Shown in pieces: positions 59,842-64,000 of a DNA stretch of 64,000 bases (its first letter is position 1; the number at the start of each line of letters is the position of its first letter). Source of the DNA: Candidatus Cloacimonadales bacterium (GTDB lineage: Bacteria > Cloacimonadota > Cloacimonadia > Cloacimonadales > JAFGVF01). The notes beneath the pieces are model-generated. The model made no database searches, was not told where the DNA came from, and saw only the letters and a list, made by a program, of their open reading frames with translations. The position numbers and the translations under genes are program-made. Location: positions 1,984,001 to 2,048,000 of the forward strand of contig OY762964.1 in assembly GCA_963667035.1 (NCBI GenBank), in the 5' to 3' direction.

Positions 59842-60243
59842 ATGAAGAGAATACTTTTTATATGCACTCACAACTCTGCTCGTTCCCAAATTGCTCAAGG
59901 ACTTGTTAATCACTACTTTTCCGATAACTGGAATGCAGAGAGTTGCGGTACCGAAAAGACAAGCGTTAAGCCATTAGCTGTTAAAGCTATGGCGAAAGCA
60001 GGAATTGATATATCACATCACTATTCAAAAACAATCCAAGAACTGGACATAAACACATTCGATGTGATTGTTACTGTATGTGACAATGCCAAAGAGAGTT
60101 GTCCTGTAGTGTATGGTAAGCAAGTTGTTCACCATTCGTTCGTTGATCCTTCTAATGCTGAAGGCTCCGAAGAAGATAAGCTACGAACTTTCTGCGATAC
60201 ACGTGATGAGATTCATGAATGGCTTACAGAATTTTTAAAATAG
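59842..60243 (+). CDS. arsC: Thioredoxin-coupled arsenate reductase (LMW-PTP fold)
   Basis: CTHNSARSQ (CX5R), VTVCD, ESCP, DPS. Confidence 0.9.
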   Translation: MKRILFICTHNSARSQIAQGLVNHYFSDNWNAESCGTEKTSVKPLAVKAMAKAGIDISHHYSKTIQELDINTFDVIVTVCDNAKESCPVVYGKQVVHHSFVDPSNAEGSEEDKLRTFCDTRDEIHEWLTEFLK

Positions 60244-60279
60244 ATGTTTTCATTGGAACATGGGACTCGTATCCTTACC

Positions 60280-60366
60280 GTAGGGGCACAATAACTTGTG
60301 CCCTTTTTTATTGGAGCATAATGAGTTGTTTTCTTCATATACGAGCACAAAATGATGTACCCTTAC
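60280..60366. repeat. GTAG-type REP doublet (REPIN-like); left unit doubles as ars operon terminator
   Basis: gtaggggcacaataacttgtgccc + T-tract; inverted degenerate copy reads gtaagggtacatcattttgtgctc on - strand. Confidence 0.65.
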
Positions 60367-60567
60367 AATCGATTGAACGGTATTCCGAAAAGTGTGTAAA
60401 TTGATTTAAACCCTTAATTAACATCCAAAGAATTATGGACAACTTTAGTGAGTAAATAGTATAATTATAACTACTAAATAAGCACAGTAATAGTGCATAT
60501 TCATTAATCCAACATTTCTCTTGACATTTAGATAAAAGAAAAGACTTCATTATGCTGGGAGGAATTA

Positions 60568-63500
60568 ATGATTATTGATTCTCGCTATGAGGTTTTAGAA
60601 AGTCTTGGAACCGGAATCTGGGCTACAGTTTATAAAGTCAAGGATATCCGGACAGGCAACATATATGCACTTAAGTATTTCCAGCAGATATCCGCTAACG
60701 AGTTATATGAGAAGTTTACACCTGAAGATATGCACCACATTACTAAGATTGAACACCCAAATCTTATACATGTTAAGGATTTTGGTAATATTGGTGACAG
60801 GATATATTACATCTGTGAGTATTTCGAGGGAAGATCGTTAAAACATTTTCCGTTTAAAGCCAACCAGATTGACTTATTCTACGACTTAATAGTACAGGTT
60901 TGCTATGCTCTACATGCTCTACATAGTCACGGGATAACTCATAAAGACTTGAAACCGGAGAACATTCTCTATAGAGTCGATGAAAACGGAATACAAGTTA
61001 AATTAGCTGATTTCGGATTTACAAAAGTAACATTACAGGAGAAGAATCGGCATTTAACCAGCTCTTTACCTTTTATTGCTCCCGAAGTATTTCTGGGAGA
61101 ACAAGCAAATAAAAGCAGTGACTACTATTCACTCGGAGTTATTCTTTACTGGTTGACTACCGGGTCATATCCGTTCTCAATTGATACTATCACCTCATTA
61201 ATATCAGGAAAACAACAGCATTTCTTCCCAAAGTCCGCTAGGGAACTAAATTCGGGACTCTCCTTGGAAATAGAAAAAATGCTTTTAAAGTTCTTAAGCA
61301 AGAACCCCGAAGAGCGTTTCAATCGTGCAGGGCAAGTAATTAAGTACATTAACAGCATTCAGTTAAAGCAATATCCGTTCTCAAGAGAATGGAGTATTGT
61401 AAATAACCTAAGATTCAATAGTTACATCGTAAGAGACAACTATAGCCACATGCTAACCGGTTATCTACCCAGTATTAGAGAGGGAAACGGTAAAACCGTT
61501 TCCATCATTGGAAATGCTGGTTTGGGTAAAAATAACCTGTTATCTCTATTTAAGTACCATCTGTTAAATGGAAGCGTCTATCTGTTTGACTATGCATGTG
61601 GACCGAAAACATTACATCCTTTCTATGCTCTGATAAAAGAGTTCCATGAATTTAAAGCTATGAGTGATAAAGAGTTCACTCGAGATCTCGCTAACATATC
61701 ACCTAACTTTTCAGAATACTTGTATAAATCAAAAGAGACTGTTACTTCAATCTATAAAAGTCCGGATGAATTAAAATCGGATTTCCAATCGGCAAAGAAC
61801 TATGTTGTACATCTTTCCGAAGAGAAACCGTTAGTTTTTATTATCCGAAACTGTCAGTATTTAACTAAACAGTCGATTGATTTTATAAACTACCTGTCTT
61901 TTGAGATTAGAGAACAGAAGATTCTTCTTGTTCTTAGCTTCAGTGACTTCACAAAAGTTCCTCTTCTTAAAAATGGAGCTCTTATTAAGGTACAACCTCT
62001 GTCAATTAATGAGACAAGAGAGTATATTCAAAAGCTAGTAGAAGTACAGCCTCCGATGGAATTTGTTGAGGAGTTATGGAACAGATGTGCCGGTAATCCC
62101 GGAATGATACGTGATTTGATGATAGCTCTTGCAAAAGAGGGTCATATTCTGAAGAATGGCAAGTTTAAGTTTGATTACGATGTCTCAAATTATAAGATGA
62201 AGAGTAATCTTCTAATCCAGATTCACAATAGGCTGATACACATGAAGCCGGATAATCTTGAACTTCTTAAAGCAATTGCATGTATTGAAACTCCGTTAAC
62301 AAATGAATTACTCACTTTTGTTCTTGGTCTGGATGAGAAGCAAGTATTCTTCCTTATTAACGATGCTGTAAACAACGATATTCTTATCAAAGTTAATGAA
62401 AGCTATAGGTTCACTTTTAAAGAAGCTAAGACCAGATTATTAAAGAAGATTCCATTAAAGACCAGAAAAGAGATTTCTCAGAGAGTAATAGATTATTTCG
62501 AAACCATTAAGACTAATGATCCGAGAGTCTGCCTCGGAGTAATAGCAAATGCTAAAATAACAGGTGATTTACTTTGCATGAGAAAGTATCGTTTAAGATT
62601 ATATGACAGATATGACACTGAGTATGAACAAGACGATGCTTTCAAAGAAATTGTGAAAGTTCTTGAGATTGACTTTGATTTGGCGGGTAGATTACCGGAG
62701 CATTTGTTTATGTCCGACTTAAATCTATTACTAAACAAGATAACGGTTTCTGCAGATGTAAGCCAGGTCTATGATTTACTACCTCAGTTCAAGAAACTTG
62801 ATGAAATCTTTGAAAAGTACCTTGTAATCAGTATGGTATACTTCAATGCGGAAGAATATAATAAGGCCATTCAATATCTTCTAAAGGCTGATGAATTGGT
62901 TGTTACCGGCAGACAAATGGGGCTGGTAACAATTGTGCTTTCTCATGCTTATTCAAGACTTGGCAAGACAAGGGAAGCTCAAAAGCAACTGGACAGATTG
63001 AAAGGTTATGAGCTAAGCATACCTCTAAAAATATATTATGCAGACAGAAAAAGTGTACAACTAAGTAGAAGCGGTAAACCCAGAGAAGCAGTTGAACTAC
63101 TTGAAAATTGCTACATGAACCTTCCCCCTATCCATGATAATGTAGCTTTCTTCAGACTAGCTTCTTTACATAATAATCTCGGTATTTTCTATGAAGAGCT
63201 AAATGTGATGGATGAAGCCTTTGATCATTTAAGCCAAGCCAGAAGTATTTTAGAGACCTACAAGATTAAGCGACTACTCTCATTAATATATAACAACATT
63301 GGCGATATATACTTGCGACAGGGAGATATAAGCAAAGCTATTGAATTATTCAATATGGCTTTGGATAACTCTGAGAAATTAGGTAACAAAATGACGAAAA
63401 CCCAAGCTATGCTTAACTTGGGTGAGTCATATCTAAAAGCAGGTGACTTTAAATCGGCAAGCCAAGCTCTTGAAAGAGCTAAAAGCTTCTCTTTAAAGAC

Positions 63501-64000
63501 TGAGAACAAGTTGTTTTATACATCCATTATGAATAATATTGCTTTATTGAAGAGTAAGACAGCACCTCTTAAAGAGTTTACTGATTTCTTGTATTCGTTA
63601 GAACCTTCTTTAATTGAAGGGAAAATTGATGCTCTTAATCCCGCAATTAAGACATATTTCTACTATCTGGCATCTACCGGTCAAGCTGACAGAATTATGC
63701 CACTTATCAAGAATAATGCCAAAATTGATTTTAATAAGACTAAGAATGAGGAGTTTTACTATAATCTTCTTAGCATGATATTTGAAGCGGAAGGAAACTA
63801 TGTTGAAGCTGAACAGCAGTTAAACTCTGCTCTTGTTTATGTGAAAAAACAAAACAACTATTATGCAGTTACAATATTCTACTGCAATATGGCTAGAATC
63901 TTGATTAAAAGCGGTAAATTCTTAAAAGCGGAAGAGCTACTGGTACAAGTACGCTCTTATTGTAAAGAATTTGGCTTCATATATTGGGGTGTCAGAGCAG
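60568..64000 (+). CDS. Ser/Thr protein kinase - degenerate STAND/AAA ATPase - TPR protein, runs off window end (>1140 aa)
   Basis: Not in ORF track. SD GGGAGG; MIIDSRYEVLESLGTGIWATVY, ALK, HPNL, HKDLKPEN, DFG, APE; IIGNAGLGKNN; AGNP; TPR-like LHNNLGIFY, IYNNIGDIYL..G...KAIE, MLNLGESYL. Confidence 0.9.
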   Translation, partial: MIIDSRYEVLESLGTGIWATVYKVKDIRTGNIYALKYFQQISANELYEKFTPEDMHHITKIEHPNLIHVKDFGNIGDRIYYICEYFEGRSLKHFPFKANQIDLFYDLIVQVCYALHALHSHGITHKDLKPENILYRVDENGIQVKLADFGFTKVTLQEKNRHLTSSLPFIAPEVFLGEQANKSSDYYSLGVILYWLTTGSYPFSIDTITSLISGKQQHFFPKSARELNSGLSLEIEKMLLKFLSKNPEERFNRAGQVIKYINSIQLKQYPFSREWSIVNNLRFNSYIVRDNYSHMLTGYLPSIREGNGKTVSIIGNAGLGKNNLLSLFKYHLLNGSVYLFDYACGPKTLHPFYALIKEFHEFKAMSDKEFTRDLANISPNFSEYLYKSKETVTSIYKSPDELKSDFQSAKNYVVHLSEEKPLVFIIRNCQYLTKQSIDFINYLSFEIREQKILLVLSFSDFTKVPLLKNGALIKVQPLSINETREYIQKLVEVQPPMEFVEELWNRCAGNPGMIRDLMIALAKEGHILKNGKFKFDYDVSNYKMKSNLLIQIHNRLIHMKPDNLELLKAIACIETPLTNELLTFVLGLDEKQVFFLINDAVNNDILIKVNESYRFTFKEAKTRLLKKIPLKTRKEISQRVIDYFETIKTNDPRVCLGVIANAKITGDLLCMRKYRLRLYDRYDTEYEQDDAFKEIVKVLEIDFDLAGRLPEHLFMSDLNLLLNKITVSADVSQVYDLLPQFKKLDEIFEKYLVISMVYFNAEEYNKAIQYLLKADELVVTGRQMGLVTIVLSHAYSRLGKTREAQKQLDRLKGYELSIPLKIYYADRKSVQLSRSGKPREAVELLENCYMNLPPIHDNVAFFRLASLHNNLGIFYEELNVMDEAFDHLSQARSILETYKIKRLLSLIYNNIGDIYLRQGDISKAIELFNMALDNSEKLGNKMTKTQAMLNLGESYLKAGDFKSASQALERAKSFSLKTENKLFYTSIMNNIALLKSKTAPLKEFTDFLYSLEPSLIEGKIDALNPAIKTYFYYLASTGQADRIMPLIKNNAKIDFNKTKNEEFYYNLLSMIFEAEGNYVEAEQQLNSALVYVKKQNNYYAVTIFYCNMARILIKSGKFLKAEELLVQVRSYCKEFGFIYWGVRA

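Noticed and set aside
3313..63509. Many short ORFs in the track (e.g. 3313, 13153, 23409, 31856, 50490, 55296, 60605, 63258)
   Set aside because: Antisense or out-of-frame shadows of well-supported genes, with no motifs or RBS

Overview
AT-rich bacterial chromosomal segment. It is most consistent with an anaerobic FCB-superphylum organism, probably Cloacimonadota; this is inferred from six secreted proteins with 'NPFNP...WDG.D...SG.YF' T9SS/FlgD-type C-terminal domains, a C25 gingipain-like protein and amino-acid/propionate fermentation genes. Core genes: glmS, a Na+-pumping methylmalonyl-CoA-type decarboxylase operon, udg, a likely divergent rpoZ, gmk, gcvH, rsmE, hrcA-grpE-dnaK-dnaJ with CIRCE, ackA, plsC, rocD, maf, an acyl-CoA dehydrogenase, tldD/pmbA, an ars-type operon, and a window-truncated Ser/Thr kinase-STAND-TPR gene missing from the ORF track. 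Mobile DNA: an IS481-like transposase (partial), two IS1182 copies, one IS3 element and REP/REPIN-like doublets. Least-explained signals: (1) four intergenic arrays of 11-bp helically phased repeats that flip orientation midway, sharing architecture but not sequence; (2) IS1182 copies that each duplicated an entire terminator hairpin, with different TSD lengths (32 and 24 bp); (3) a promoter-leader-terminator arrangement upstream of glmS with no glmS ribozyme; (4) an XRE-S24 LexA-like repressor with tandem TTAAG-N5-CTTAA operators; (5) a 121-bp insertion that recodes the 3' end of the acyl-CoA dehydrogenase gene. No rRNA, tRNA or CRISPR array was recognised. All calls come from reading the sequence; no database searches were run.
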